Shown piece after piece: positions 40,814 to 55,590 of a DNA stretch of 64,000 nt. The DNA comes from Flaccisagitta enflata (taxonomy: Eukaryota), in contig OZ231126.1 in NCBI GenBank assembly GCA_965153355.1, positions 5,766,001-5,830,000 on the forward strand, given 5' to 3'. How positions within the stretch are numbered: the stretch's first letter is position 1; each line of letters opens with the position of its first letter. The notes under the pieces are model-generated. The model was not told the DNA's origin. It was given only the letters and a program-made list of their open reading frames with translations, and did not search any database. The translations under genes and the position numbers were made by a program.

Positions 40814-41444
40814 ATGAACATATTCTGTGTCAGTGAAATCACATTCATTAGACATTCGACATTCGATCTCTGGCGATGTCCATCCGTCATCATCGATCTC
40901 AATACTCTATTTTTTATTAGGTCGTTTTCACGCAAAAAAATGAAATGCGAACAATGTTAAATAGATGAATTTGTATTGGTCAGCCTGTCTGTACAGACAA
41001 GATGAAATTACAGCGTGAAGAGCGGATGAAATCTCTGGTTCCTTTTCCTACCACTCATTCTACATCGCCATTCTTGGCAGTTGGCGATGGGTCCTATGGG
41101 CTATGAGGATACAATTAGCGCCATCAAGGCAATTTTTCTTGTTTTCAGTTGCGGACACAAGACTCTATAAGTATAAGAGGCTATGTCTATCTGTTGCTCA
41201 GTACGTCGGTGTGTCCATCGGTCCATCAGTCTGTGAGCATGAGTCGAAAAGTGGGGTTTTGTGAATGTGTGTGGGGAGTGAGTGTTGATGGGGGTTGGAC
41301 GCCCCTGCCCACCTGCCCGCAATGATATTGCGACACCGTGTCACTTGTTTAGATAAGTAAAAATGGCTTAATTCACTATAATACATGGCTATATCTAAGG
41401 AATCTGGTTGAATTTCGAAAATGGCTAAAAACGTGATACTTGTA

Positions 41445-41998
41445 CAGTGGGGTTCGTGGAATAACAGCCGAAACTGGAGGAAGGTATTTAAGTGTCTTAA
41501 TTTGAAATATATATAAATATCAATGAACTTTTGTCCCTGAGTTTTGGTTATGGAAACCAAAATTATTTTTTCAAACATCTATAATGACTAAAATATCAAT
41601 ATTTTGAGAAATATTGTCAGGAACATTATCTAATTTTGTTACAATTTTCCACAGTATGTTCTGTAAGCACTGCTGCTTGGGGCATCACACCTAGCAACCG
41701 CTAAATGATGCTCCCTAGCAACGGCTAAACGAGCAATATTCTTACAGGACATACTGTGGGAAAGTTGTAGCAAATCTAATTTTGAGCAATTTTTTTCTTA
41801 TAATATTTGTCAAAATATCAATATTCTAGTTGTTATGAACGTTCAAAAAAATAATTTTGGTTTCCATAGCAACCAAAAAACTCAGGGACAAAAGCATCAA
41901 GTGAACAACTTATATTTCAAATATCAAGTTTGTCAAATGAAATTAAGACACTTAAATACCTTCCTCCAGTTAAGGCTGTTATTCCCCGAACCCCACTG
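41445..41998. mobile_element. Tc1/mariner-like foldback MITE
   Basis: TA|CAGTGGGGTTCG ... CGAACCCCACTG|TA, almost fully palindromic. Confidence 0.88.
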
Positions 41999-42434
41999 TA
42001 TACACAAAAGTGTCAAACGCTACCCTACTTGGTAATACAGCAACAACAGTTTTATATATAATGGGGGTTGCTAGAGATTTAGAGCCCTCCTCACCCTGTA
42101 TCTTCATGTCGTCTGTACATACCGCACTCCTAAACGCGATTTTATATTCGGAACGGTCTACAAGAATCTGAAACATCTTTGCTCCAGATCAAACAAAGTA
42201 TTTCACAACAGTGGTCAAATTCTTTCCATTTCAAACCAAAAAAGAATAAAAACAAGGCCGGATACACGGCCAAAACCAGTCGCGGACGGGTGGGCAGGGG
42301 CAGAAATGAGAGTTTTCTCACTTTTCGACTCGATCACCATGACAAACGGACAGACGGACCAACGGACGGATGGACCAACGGACGGACGGACAAAGCCTCC
42401 GCGACCAAAAAATGAACAATTGAAAAATGAAAAC

Positions 42435-42517
<83 letters not shown>

Positions 42518-43993
42518 AAAGAAAGACAAAAGGCAATGTAATCTGACAAAAACAATTATTTCGATATATCACGTCTTTTATCATGCCCTTGCATCAATTC
42601 AATTCTATAGTTTTAAGTCCTTGCTTTGTCCTCGTTGTATCCTCGGCATTTTAATTTGACCTCGATTCGACCTAAGAAGAAAAAGTCCCGACTTCAGAGT
42701 CAATCGAGAATCAAATTTCAATAATTCGAATCCACGGAGACGTGGATACGTCGCTTTGTCGGTCAGCCGGTCCGTCTGTAACATTTCTTGGTTTCCGACG
42801 GATTGGCGAATCACCGCCAGGCGTTGCCCCTGCCCATTGCCCAACCTTCTGCGACCTAAGGACCGTGTATCTAGTAGGTTTCGAACTAACGACTTAATCA
42901 AAGGCAGTGTCCGGTACTATCCGTAAACACTCTTGGTTCGTCCATTGGTCCGTTTGTAATGCTTAAGTTGAAAATATGTACCGGCATTTTCGCCCCTTCC
43001 CACCCATTCGCAACTGGTCTTTGGCCGTGTATCTATCCTTGTTTTATTTTTCCCGCTTTTTTTTCCATTTATGCGCAAAGTGGTGAATTCGCCGCAAGGT
43101 CTTCATGAAAATCAATCTTTTTTATTTTTCAATTTTTTATCTCCAGAAGCTATTAAATCGCAACCGGATTTTTTTTTAATGTAAATAAGAATATTTGATA
43201 GTCATTCGTTTAAAGGTTGGTTGTGACACCGCTTCAAGTGTTGTACACATGCGTGGTCATGGACTTGGGTCAGGAACCACTCCCATTGGGCAAGAGTTAC
43301 GTCTCACTTGTCTGTCACCCTTCTGACCCCCTCCATGGCTTGCTTTCTAGTGGGCCCCACGCCCCTTCTCATGAGTTGTCTCACTTGTCTTATTCCCCTG
43401 AACCCCCTCCACAGCGTCTATCCAAATCATATCCTTTTAAAAGGTCGACCTAATGGGTCATGTCGTCTGTCTGCAACTTGTCTGCTGCGAGTCTGATCCC
43501 TCTGTCTCTGGGTCAACCCATTATTATTAAGTCTGATCCTCAAAGAATTCATCTTGATCAAATTAGATAAGCCACATCTCATAAAGACGAATGTCTACGT
43601 TTAATCTGTTTATCGTGTTTTACCTTGATAGATTTAAAACATAAAACGCCCACTATGTCCCATAACTCTTTTTCGCTCGCATCACGTTCTCCAACTCTCT
43701 CTTCAACTTTCTCATCTCTTTCTCATTCTCCTCTTTCTAATGTAACAATCAAATATTTGATGTCACATGGTTGAGCATTGAGCATTGAGCATATGTCTGT
43801 ACCCTAACGGCGCGTTTGCATTCGCTCCCTTTATGTTATTAGCGGATCCGTGAGTATTGAGGGTCCGCCTATAATGGATCAACTTTAGTCCTTTCAAGTC
43901 ATTTGCTTTTATAGTTTCTTCATTGACAATAATGGAAATTTCTATGCGTTCTTCCGTTCCATTCGTTCTTCTCTTCAACGCCAACCTTTTCTG

Positions 43994-44035
<42 letters not shown>

Positions 44036-44379
44036 GTTCTTTTTTCGTTTTAAGGGTTTTAGGCTTCACTACTACCCCCCTCAAAGTTCTTGATTACCTC
44101 ATTTCATTACTGTCCCTGCCCACCTACACAAATTTTGGCTGTCCATGTAACCGGCCTGGTTCCTCTGATTCTGATTCACACTCCAGTTCAAACCAACTGA
44201 AAAAGTAAGTGATGCCTATTTGTAACCAGTGGCTGTCGCCAAAAGATGTGAATTGCAGGTGTTTAATATACCATGTTTTGTTATGATAAATCATTTCAAT
44301 GAAAATTTAGATATGAAAAGAAATTAGGAAAGATTAAATAGTATAGAGACAAAATCTAGTATAAAAGAAAGATGACATA

Positions 44380-44665
44380 GAGACAATAGCTATTGTAGGG
44401 GAAAGACAACATAAAGTCAAGACCCAATATTGAAGAAAGATAGCAGAAAAACAAGACTTGGTATCAGGGAAAGATGGCAAAAAGTCAAAACCCAGTGTAG
44501 GGGAAAGATGGCAGAAAGACAAAACCCAGTGTAGAGGAAAGACGGCAGAAAGACAAAACCCAGTGTAGGGAAAAAACGGCAGAGAGACAAAAGCTTATAT
44601 GAGGGAAAGACGGCAGAGAGACAAAAGCCTCTGTAAGGGAAAGACGGCAGAGAGACAAAAGCCCG
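44380..44665 (+). repeat. ~38-bp minisatellite
   Basis: Unit ~GGAAAGACGGCAGARAGACAAAACCCAGTGTAG. Confidence 0.8.
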
Positions 44666-44865
44666 GAAGAAAAAAAAAGATAAAAAAAAAAAAAAAAAAA
44701 ATAGAGTGATGGGGTGATGCTAAAGTGAATTGCTAAAGCAATTCACAATGATGAAAATATTCATTTCAGATTCTTCATTTTTCTCCTTTTGTTGATTATG
44801 GATGCCTATAATCTATGACTAAACAAGTAAATTGCAATTGCCTACTTGCATGGATGCATTAATTT

Positions 44866-44930
<65 letters not shown>

Positions 44931-45457
44931 GTTTCCTCTCGTTTTCTTTCGTTCGTTAATTTATTTCATACCTCTTCATCAAATCATCTACAGTTTAAAT
45001 TACAGGAAAAAACCGTTTTCGCGTGTATTACCTTTTAAATGCAAATCAAGTTTTAAAAAAGAACCGAAGAATTGTGTATCATAGCCAAAGTGGTTGGTTG
45101 GGCAATCACAATTTCTCCTCTTTTTTCAAAAAAACTATGAAGAGTAAGGAAACATCAATAACAGAGAAAAAAAGGGCCATATTTGACATTTAAATTGAAT
45201 GCTTGCCGCCAACAAAGAATTGACAAATATTCGGGGGGGGGGGGGACGGCAGTTTCAGACGAAAGACAGACGATATATTTACATTCAATGCTCCACACAC
45301 TACGATGGATTTTCGACCACTACTATGCTTCGAAAATATTACATGAAAAATTTCATTTTTTGCTACAAATGCCTGAAAATCTTTTTTTTTTTTCACGTTT
45401 CTACAACGGAGCGGAGCTAGATGGTAAAACATTCGGAAAAGAATAAATGTGCGTCAG

Positions 45458-45540
<83 letters not shown>

Positions 45541-45764
45541 TGAGCGGACGCATCAATTGTTCACCTACCAAATTTGTCAGGAGAGGGAAAAAACCATTCA
45601 TTCTAAATTACATGATTTTTTTTAAAAAACTCGCATTTCACCTTCACAAAAAAAGATGAAAAACAAAAAATGAAAAACAAAAAATGAAAAAAATAAAGCA
45701 AGCAAAAAAAAATGAAAAAAAAAAAGAAAAGAGGCCTTGAGCGAGCCAACTTTGATTAAAATTT

Positions 45765-45899
45765 CTCAGTCTCAGTCTCACACACTCACGCATCTCCCAC
45801 TAAGTGTGATCGGATCTCTTCCTCTCTCAATCTTGAAAACCGCGCGGCCTTAAATTCGAGAACGCACTTCATTGAAAAAGTCGCGCAAAACGGATTACA

Positions 45900-45938
<39 letters not shown>

Positions 45939-46179
45939 CGTAATCAATATATCTACTTGTATCTGTCTTGTTCCTCTGTCACTATTTGTTTCTGTCTCAC
46001 TGCTTGATTTCGAGTTAGCGCATTCAGCTCAGATATTTTTTTGTTTTGATTGATCGGGAAAAAAGTCGAAGTCAGTCTTCGACTTTTTGACATATTCGAG
46101 AGAAACAGGGTTTTCATTTTCTTATTAGAAAGTTAGGCATCTCCACCGAGCGAATGGGCCCTCCAATGAAATTGATAGG
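45765..46179 (+). promoter_or_regulatory. Possible initiator and non-coding first exon of the lectin gene
   Basis: Tandem TCAGT initiator-like motifs near 45765, a CpG-richer unique stretch, a GAGA tract upstream and a strong AGG|GTAAGT donor at 46179. The ATG exon has an acceptor, so a 5' exon is expected. The assignment is inference only. Confidence 0.3.
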
Positions 46180-46361
46180 GTAAGTAAATTCAATAATTCT
46201 CTTTCATTTGGCACTAAGCAGAATGCTCTATGACAAATATTTTTTGCGTTATGATTTTTTGAAGATTTATGAAAATTGCGAATTGATTTTTTTTCGATTT
46301 TTTATGATTTTGAGTGGGATCAAAAAAGGAGTGTATTTCTATTTGTTTGAGCATGCAAATA

Positions 46362-47220
46362 CAGTTAAGCTTCACTAGAAGGCATCTGAAGGGACCGGTT
46401 GATTTCATGCCTTCTAGGCGGGGTGCCTTATAGCCGAGCATGTATATTTCTGCACCACATTGAATACATAAGGTTTATATATGCTTTACTTACTCTATTG
46501 GTTTGGCACACGATCAAATAGGGTTAGATGGTTGGTTAGATAAAGTAGAATAAGGTTGGAGGATTGGTCAGAGAAAAAAGAGGATTGTCATTGTCATACT
46601 ACACAGATTCGTTGTGATGTCACTTTCGTTTTGAAACTAGCAAACTTTTTTTAGATGTATTACTTTGAAGGCATAGATTGGTTGAAAATGTCATTTACAC
46701 ACCAGCATGGCATCATCGATCTTTTGTTGGCATGGATTCATTGGCTAATCGACTTTTCACTCATCATCTTCATCATCTCCCTCCTCTCCTCTCCATTTCA
46801 TTTGGTCTCCTGTTTCATTCACTTCCTCTTCATTATAATCATCGGTGCTCCTCTTCGTCATCGGTAAACCTCTTCACAGTCATCGGTAAACCTCTTCATC
46901 ATCATCGGTATTCCCCTTCATCAGCATCATTGCTCTCATCGGTATTTCTTTCCCCTCTTTTTTCCTTCTCTTCCATCCTTTGTTTATCCACCTCCTCATA
47001 CTTAAAGACTTTTTGCTTGTCAGATGCCTTCAAAGCGAGCAAAATATAAACAAAAAATCCCATTTTTTATGCGCTATTGTGAAATTTGCCTAATAGGCGA
47101 GTGCCTTATATGCGGGGCTTATCAATAAAGGAATAAAGAGAAAAAAGTTGGGACTTTCCAAATCATGCCTTGATGCGAGGGATGCCTTATTAGCGGGTGC
47201 CTTCTAGTGAAGATAAACTG
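46362..47220. mobile_element. pogo/Tigger-like MITE, second copy
   Basis: TA|CAGTTAAGCTTCACTAGAAGG ... CCTTCTAGTGAAGATAAACTG|TA. Colinear with 32253-33130. Confidence 0.85.
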
Positions 47221-48127
47221 TACAAGAAAACATGTTTATGAGCATAGCTGCTCATCTGTGAGGGTGTTTTGGAGGATTTTAGCTCATTTAGCTCATTTAG
47301 CTCAGTTTCTTTTTTTTAATTTTGAATGTGATAAATGAATACATATTTTGATACATGTTTAAGAAAGCAGATACAAAAAAGCATATCAGTGAGCATAACT
47401 GATCATCTGTGAGGATGTTTTAAAGCATTTTAGCTCACTTAGCTCATTTAGCTCAGTTTTTTTTCCTGATTTTCAATGGGATAAATGTTTTGATGGGAGC
47501 ATGTAAATACAAGAAAGCATGTCAGTGAGTATAGCCAATTGTCTGGTTGAGTGATTTTGAGCATTTTAGCTCATCTAGCTCATTTGGCTCAGTCCTATTT
47601 TTCTCTGATTTTCAATGCAATCAATACATACAATTGTTCTTGATTTGATCTAATAGAAAAAAGATTTGCAGTGACTAAAGACAAAAGCTTGGTGAAAAGT
47701 GACCATTGCTTACGACTTTTTTCCTCACGGCGACAGCCGCCATTACTGGTATATAACACTAATTCGCTCTGTCTTTGTTTGTCTGTCTGACTGTCTGTGA
47801 GTCTCTCTCTCTCTCTTACCGACTCTCCATCATTTCCTGTTATCTTTCGATTTGTCCCTTAATTTGCTTCTTGCGCCTGTCTTAGCTCCTACCCATTTCC
47901 AGATATCTTTCCCTTGTCAGCACGACCGACGGTTTCTATCTTTTTAGTTGTTCCGTGTCTGTCAGAGTGTCAGTTCGATTTTGCCTCCTTGTCTGTCTGT
48001 CTGTTGTCAATGTTTCTGCCTGTTTGTTAGTCTTTCTCTTTGTCTACCTCCTTTTCAATGTCTCTCCCCCTCCTTAACAATATTCATAAGCGTGGGAATC
48101 TCTGTCTGTCTGTCTGTCTGTGTCTCT

Positions 48128-48181
<54 letters not shown>

Positions 48182-49716
48182 TGTCCTGGGAAATACCAGA
48201 CTTCATCATCTTTCTTTTCGCTCTTAAAGCGCCTTTAAAAAGCAACTTTGTAACGCTACAAATCTCTCGTTCACCGATAAAAGCCACTTTTCCGCCTCGT
48301 CCATCTTCAATCTTCGTGATATTTTATTGCTGAATGTTTTATTAATGTTTTATTAATGTTTTAATAACGTTTTATTAATGTTTTATCACATCTCATTTGT
48401 CTCGATCCATATCTTTTTTTAACCGTTACACTCAAAGTAATTGTTCCGGGTCATTCGAATCATTTTGTACACATTTTGTCGTTTGTCGTTTTTCCTTTTT
48501 TTTTTTTTACTATTTTTCATGTGCGCCAACGCACATCTATATGAGGCCGCGTCTGTCGGTCTGTTGGTCTGTCGGCGCCAGACGAAAAGATATACTTTCT
48601 ACTATCTAATTTAGCAACTCTATGAGTTTCTATCAGGGCCCCATTCAATACGACCGTCCCGGCCCTAGTCTCAACTTCCCAATATGACAGTGGTCTTTCG
48701 AAGGCAACCTTTGCGTTTCATCGGGGGTAAAATTTAAAAAATGAAAATGTGTAAAACTTAATGATTGTACTAAAATAATCATTAAAATAAGTCACAATAG
48801 AAATCTTTTGCATGCTTTGCACTTAACAACGAAAAAGAACCTAACAAAGATAAAATTGATGAGGAAAATTTACTGCAAATTACTAAGAATTTTATTTTTG
48901 GTCAGTGACCAAGAGTTGGTTGAAATTATAAATTTGCATAGAAAATAAAAAAATGAAAAAATGAAAAACATAGTTCTCCTTTAAAATCATTTACAGAGAG
49001 AACTATGTTTTTGAAAATGCAAAATTTCCCTTCATTAGAGCGTGATATAATTTCAACCACAGGCAAGAATGAAAGAATGGTAATAAGAATTTACAAAAAA
49101 ACATGATTTTCTTGTCTCAAGTGAATGGCATGGTTAAAATTACTTTTGAGGTCAAAATATGATAAAAATTTACACATCAAGTGTCTTTACAGACAATTTG
49201 TCTTCTAAAAGCATTTTAGTATCATCATCATCCTAATACTGATGCAAAAAGTATGGTGAAACGCTTAGTTTTCCTACAAAAATTTGCCGTCATATGTAAT
49301 TCAAAAACATTGAGAAAAACCGATAACCGTCCGTTGAGATTCGATTTTTTTCATTTTTCTATTTTTTTTTTTTTTTTTTTTTTTTTTGCACAATTACATA
49401 ATTGCATAGGCTTGAATTATTCATTAGCAATGTATGCAAAATGCACGGCTTGCACGCATGTGCGAGCAATATGATCAGAAACGCGATTCACTCAAAGCGA
49501 ACAACAACAAATCAATGATGAAATCGCTTGAAATGAGAGATAGAGTGAGAAAGAGAGAGACGTCCTTTAAAGGCAAAGAAACACACAAAAAACGTGAAAA
49601 AAGCTGTTAGTTGATCAAACATCCGCCGAACATTTCTTTTCTGAACTTCCATCATTAATCCTCCAGACCTTTTTTTTTCATTCTCTCCGCCATTCATCGA
49701 ACACCGAAAGTCTCCA

Positions 49717-49980
49717 ATGTCATGTGACTATGTCGCGTTCATGCTGACTGAGATAGAATTGTCATGTCTTATGACCATGTCGCGTTCAGGCAAATATCGA
49801 ATTGTCATTTCTTATCACCATGTCGCGTTCATGCTGACTGAGATAGAATTATCATGTCTAATAACCATGTGGCGTTCACTGCTGACTGAGATAAAATTGT
49901 CATGTCTAATGACCATATTGCGTTCATGCTAAGATCGGATTGTCATGTCAAATGACCATTCCGCGTTCAGGCTAATATCA
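49717..49980 (+). repeat. ~40-50-bp degenerate minisatellite
   Basis: Recurrent TTGTCATGTCT...GACCATGTCGCGTTCA. Confidence 0.75.
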
Positions 49981-50509
49981 AAGTGCTTTCAAACGAGGTT
50001 GGTTACACATCTGTAATAAACACTGATCATTTCAGATAAACTTACATTTTCAATCAAAATAAACCTGTAAAAAAACATAAGCAGTTATCTAGTGGAGCAA
50101 AAACAATCAATTGTTGTGGAAGATATCATGAGGATTGGAGAGCACAAAACGCAAAAAGAAAACTAGTGCTATAAGTTTTCTCTTTAAAAAAATGATATTT
50201 TTCAAAAAAAATTAATATGACACTGTAAATCCTTGTTTAAGAGATCCGAAGTTTTCTGCATTGACCGTCATTTGATGGCATCAATGTGTTCGTGCTTTGA
50301 CATTGGGGACCTTTTAGTTACATAATTCCACTCCTGGAAAAATTGGCATTTTAACATTGATGACAAAGAAACACTTTCTAACGTCGGACATGCAACCGTG
50401 GCACTATCCAAGTGGTTCTTCAGAAGAGTAAGGATTTACACATGCTAAGCATGTATAATGATACCCACCGATAGTGTATCATTTTCACCAATAAGTCACA
50501 CACAGTATT

Positions 50510-50732
50510 TTTAGTTGCGGACACGCAACTCTATAAGAGGCTTTGTCCGTCCGTCCGTCCGTTGGTCCGTTGGTCCGTTGGTCCGTCGGTCCGTGAACAC
50601 GAGTCGAAAAGTGCAAAAATGAGCGTTTTAGATGCATTTTGTGCATATGAGTGGGGGACTTGGGGTGTGGATGGGGGTTTGATGCCCCTGCCCACCCGTC
50701 CGCAACGATATTGTGACCCCGCGTCACTTGTT
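50510..50732 (+). mobile_element. Helentron/DINE-like element (AGTTGCGGACACGCAACT family)
   Basis: Same architecture, ending GTGACCCCGCGTCACTTGTT. Relative at ~41145-41350. Confidence 0.75.
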
Positions 50733-51630
50733 TTGATTATCCTTTGTGAGACTTGAGTGGCGCAGTTTTAATCTGAAACCATAGGTGCGCCTTAGCACCT
50801 ATATAAGAGTATTGGTCTGTTGGTCCGTTGGTTCGTTGGTCCGTCATTCAGTCCGTCGTTCGTCCATCACGCTCGAGTGAAAAATCACAGCAAACATCAA
50901 AAATCAGTGACTAATCATGACGAATAGTCGGATAGATGGTAGGACGGACAAAATACCGCAACTAACGTTCATGTGACAAAAAAGTAGGTTTCTTTTTATT
51001 AATAATGACATCGATGAAAAGTAGTGGAAAAGGCAGAAAACAGAAGCATGAAGCGAAAAGTCGAACAAAACCGCGATTCATCTGTCAACTCGCTTGGCTC
51101 TGGATTTTGTATCTATTCTTGGTTTCGTGCGTGCAACTGCTTATTTGTCGCTGTGTCGGGCGATCCGTCGGTCCGTCACTGACTTTTTAATTTCTAGCGT
51201 TGTTTCGCATTACAGCCCCTGCCAAATCGTACTCAAAAATTTCAATGTGCGTTTCAAGTACATTGTTAGTCACCGACTCGCGACTCTTTTTAAGCCCGGC
51301 TTTGTCCGTCCGTCCGTTTGTGCGTCGATCGGTTGGTTGGTTAGAAGGTGTGTGTGTGTGTGAGCATATGTGTTGGTGTCAGTGCGGGTGAGAGTGACAG
51401 GGAGAGGGGACGGGGAAGTATACCCCTGCCCACCCATCCGCGTCGATATTGTAACACCGTGTTACTTGTTCAACAGGACAATCATGGAAGATACGTTCCT
51501 CGCATACACGTCATAATTGCTCACAAAAACCCAATGGAAACCAGTAAAGTATGAATAGCATAAAAGCGGCGATATCTACGGATCATTTTGGACTAGGTCG
51601 CTATTTTCAGTTTTTGACTGATTTGTCAAA

Positions 51631-52885
51631 ATGTGGTTGCAAAATAGCCCAATTTACTTGTTTGTAATATCATTGACAATCGTGCAAGCGACAGCCAACA
51701 AGAAGAGTTCCGCCCACGTGAAACTGCATCGGGAGGACGCTTACCACGCGACAGACAATAATCGGGAGGACAGACAGACAGACAATCGGGAGAGTCCATC
51801 ACGAGTCATTTCTTCCCAAAAAGACGGTCACCAGGAAACGGCGGCCCATCTCAAAAAGACTCACAATGACGATGATGATTCTGGTGAAACGAGCGCCGAT
51901 TTGCCATTTCCGGTGCTCGTTTCCGGTGCTGTTAACCCGAAACATGTCGGCGTACAAGATACAACGCTCTCATCCTCTTCCTCCTCATCCTCTTCCTCCT
52001 CATCTTCTTCCACCTCCTCATCCTCGTCTTCCACCTCATCCTCTCAATCATCCGACTTACTAACAGTATCTGCGAGTAAAGGTGACAATTCGCCTCGAAT
52101 AAATAGAAAACATTTCAACCATCTATCACGTCTTTCACCGGTGTTATCATCGTCGTTATCGTCGTCATCGACGTCGTCGTCATCGTCGTCTCTGTCACTG
52201 CCGGGGGGACTGTCCCAGAAAGTGCGACGGATGGCGAAAAGACGGAGAAGATTAAAATCGATTGGATCGGGAGAAGGCAGACGCAAAAGAATTCGGAGGC
52301 CGGGTTCCAAGCGAAGGAAAGAAATAGAAAGAAAGAAAATCACTTCCAACGGAATCGCCAAAAACCAAGTCGCCAAAAACGAAGTCGTTCCTAATAAATA
52401 CCACCACCCTACTGAAGTCGGCAGACCGAAATACGATTCATTCAAATACAATGAGAATGAAATCGCCGACAACAAAATTGACAACAAAGGCATCGTCAAC
52501 AACAAAGTTAACAACAATGACAACGGCGAAATTGACAAAGATATCGCTAACAACCAAATCGACAACATCCAAATTGACAACGACAACACCGCCAACAACA
52601 ACATCGCCAATAACGAAATTCCCACACACAATATTGCTCCCGTCAATGAGGGAAATTATGGCGATTTGGATTCTGACGACAGTATTCATAACAGACGAGT
52701 GATCACAAACCAAGTCTTTGCTAATGCAAATCAAGTCTCGAGTAACAAATACGCTCCAGAACAAAAACAATTTGTTCCAGAGATAAAAGAGAGCGCCTCC
52801 AGCGAAGTCGTTAATAACGAGATCGCATCATTTAAAGTTGGTGAAAGAGAAAAGGTGGAAGGTCCTTCGGAAACTGACATTGAAG
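51631..52885 (+). CDS. Secreted C-type-lectin-domain protein, coding exon 1 (signal peptide, Ser-rich, Arg/Lys-rich and Asn/Ile-rich regions)
   Basis: 458-aa ORF starting MWLQNSPIYLFVISLTIVQATA. Acceptor ttttcag| at 51610 just upstream of the ATG. Donor GAAG|GTGAGG at 52885 (phase 1). Confidence 0.8.
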
Positions 52886-53797
52886 GTGAGGGGAAAAAGA
52901 GAACAGAGAATGCACATCGCTTTTGTGCTTGCTGTCATTATCGCTCTTGGGGACAATGCAAATTTGACATTTTGAATGGTCTCCAAATACTGACGAGAAC
53001 AAATTAAGTTAATTAACTAATGGTCCCACTCACGGACTGACCTAAAGACTGTCCCATGAACCAACTAGATGATCAAGACAGATGTGTCTTCCACTTTCTG
53101 TCAAATGTCTTTAAATAAAGTTTACATAACTATCGATGATGAAATGAACCACAGTAAGATATCTCAAGTTATTTTCTTTTTCTTCTTTTTTTTTTGAGAA
53201 TTGAAATTGAAGAATGTCAGTTGTCGCTCAATCGGTTGATTTTCTTGTTTGGGTCATGTTCCTGTCACTTCAAAAAAAGAAACATTAATAAAACCTTTAA
53301 TATTGATATGTGATTGGCGCTCACGTCTGTCTTTTTTTTTAAATTGGGAAGAAGGGTTTTAAATGGGGTAAACAATGATCCCAAAAAAAAGTAATCCTCA
53401 TGGGCCTCAGGAGGATAAACTATGAAAATCATCTCTATTTTTAATCAAAGACCAAAAGTAAAAATATCCTAAAGTGTTATATTACTTGTCGGTTTTGATA
53501 TCTAAGTCCTTTGTGGTTGTCAGTCCGGGATGATAGAGTTAAAAACTGTGAAAATGTGCGTTTCCGCCCCTGCCCACCCATCCGCGACAGATATTGGCCG
53601 TGTATCCGGCCTTGTTTTATCATTTATTAAATTTATCGATGTATCAGAAGGTCCAGGGGCCCAGATGAGCATTGAAAATAATAAACATGAAATAAGAATA
53701 CATGATAATTACACAGAATAATGACACACTTTATTGAAGATATCATTTTCTGAACCTCCTCTTCAATTCTCCATCCCCCATCCCTTCCCGACTCCAG

Positions 53798-53885
53798 GTA
53801 AAAAAGTGTCAAAGGCCGGAAGCACTTGTTCCAAACCCATCAAGCAAAATTTGATCGACGTGAGCGAGGCTTTGAGGCGAATTCG
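53798..53885 (+). CDS. C-type lectin gene exon 2, GKKVSKAGSTCSKPIKQNLIDVSEALRRIR
   Basis: ctccag| acceptor (phase 1) and CG|GCAAGT GC-type donor (phase 2). Exactly reconciles the phases of the flanking exons. Confidence 0.68.
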
Positions 53886-53904
53886 GCAAGTCAGCGCCAA
53901 TGCC

Positions 53905-55590
53905 CACGGATTCGCCGGCACTTTTCAAAAGTAGGTACAGTGGTTTCCTACTCGGACGGATCTGTTGGCACTTTTCAAAAGTAGGTACAGTGGTTTCCTG
54001 CTTGGACGGATTTGTCGGCACTTTTCAAATGTATGTCCAGTGTTGACCTACTTTTCAAGAGTACATACAGTAGAAAGTAGACTACAGTGGTAACCTGCTT
54101 GCTGCTCAGACAGATTAATCAGCACTTTCAATAAGTGAGTACAGAACATTACAGTCTGAGGCGGATCACCCAATAGGCTTGAAAGGCTTAAGCCTAGGGC
54201 CCCGCGCCTCAGGGGGGCCCCGCGCCTGCAGTTCCCCCCCCCCCAAAAAAAAAAAAGAAAAAGAAAAGAAAAAGAAAAGAGAAAAAAAAAGAGAAAAAAA
54301 TAAGACAGAAACAGTGAAGAGAAAAAGAGAAAAAAGTAAAGAATAAAGGAAGAGTAGAAGAAGAAAAAAGAAAATGAGAAAAATAAAAACAGAAAAAAAA
54401 ATGATTTTTTATAAGTAAAACTATATATTGAGCGCAAATATGAATGACTTGAATTTGATTATTGATTTTTAAGTGCGTCCTTGCACTTCCATAAGAGGTC
54501 ATGTCCGTTGGTTGGTCGGTTGGTTGGTTGGTCTGTAACGCAAACGTTTGAAACGTTCAAAATGGCCAATTCTGTCATCTTTCTTCATTCCTATCACCTC
54601 TCATGCCTCACCACACTCATTTTCATTCTGTTTTTCATTCATTCATTCTTTCATTTATTCATTCATTCATTCAAAACGTTCATTCACAAATTCTTAATCA
54701 AGCGAGGCGCTCTTATTGGCCATAACTTGTTCTTGTTAAAAAATTTTTTTGAATTTTTAAGGTGAGGAAATTTCCTTTTGATCCTTTTTCTTCAGTTCAA
54801 TTAACACTAGATGTTATATTTTGTTTTATGCTTTCAGTGAAATTATTGAAACAGTGAAAATTCTTAATAAAATCTTTTAAATCAATAAACAGAAATATTG
54901 AATAATGTACTACAAATTTAAAATAGCAAAAATGATAGATAAGACAGCAGGGGGATCAAAAAAGAGATAGGGGGCCCACCTTCCGGTCATGGTCAAGCCA
55001 AGGGCAACACACTTTGTTGATCTGCCTCAGGTTGAGGGGGGGGGGCAAATAGGGGGGAGGGGGGCCCCGCGCCCCAGCCAAGCCTAGGGCCCCGCGCACT
55101 GTTAATCCGCCTCAGATTACAGTGGTAACCTGCTTTTATGGATTAGCCGGCACTTCCCAAAGTAGCTATAGTATTAATCTGCTTTGACGGAATAGCCACC
55201 ACGAAAGTAAGTGCAGTGGTTACCTACTCTGACAGAGTAGTTGACATTTTCCAAGATGAAGGTACCGTAGACTACATTGATGCCTGCTCTTACAGATTAG
55301 CCAGCATATTCCTAAAGTAGGTAAAGTGGTAATCAGCTCAAGACAGCTTACCCGGCACAATTCTTGATTAGTGGAAACCTATTCTGATGGAGTAGCCGGC
55401 ACATTTCAAGTGGTAAGCTGCTCTGATAGATTAGCTGGCATTTTTCAAAAGCGAAAGCAATTACAGATTTAAAGTCGTATTCTGCTCTTACAGATTAGCT
55501 GGTATTTTCCAAGAGTAGGTGCTGTGGTCACCTGCTCTGATGGATTTGCGACATTTTTCAAGAGCAGGTACAGTGATAACCTGCTCTTAG
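53905..55590 (+). repeat. Degenerate ~44-bp minisatellite in lectin intron 2, split by a hAT MITE
   Basis: Unit ~GCCGGCACTTTTCAAAAGTAGGTACAGTGGTWWCCTGCTCTGACGGATT. Confidence 0.8.
54156..55115. mobile_element. hAT-like MITE with a nested Helentron-like element (~54470-54737)
   Basis: TIR CTGAGGCGGAT / ATCCGCCTCAG, perfect 8-bp TSD ATTACAGT, subterminal GGGCCCC motifs. Confidence 0.88.

Noticed and set aside
52044..52770. Antisense ORFs of 200 and 110 aa
   Set aside because: Shadows of the low-complexity lectin exon.
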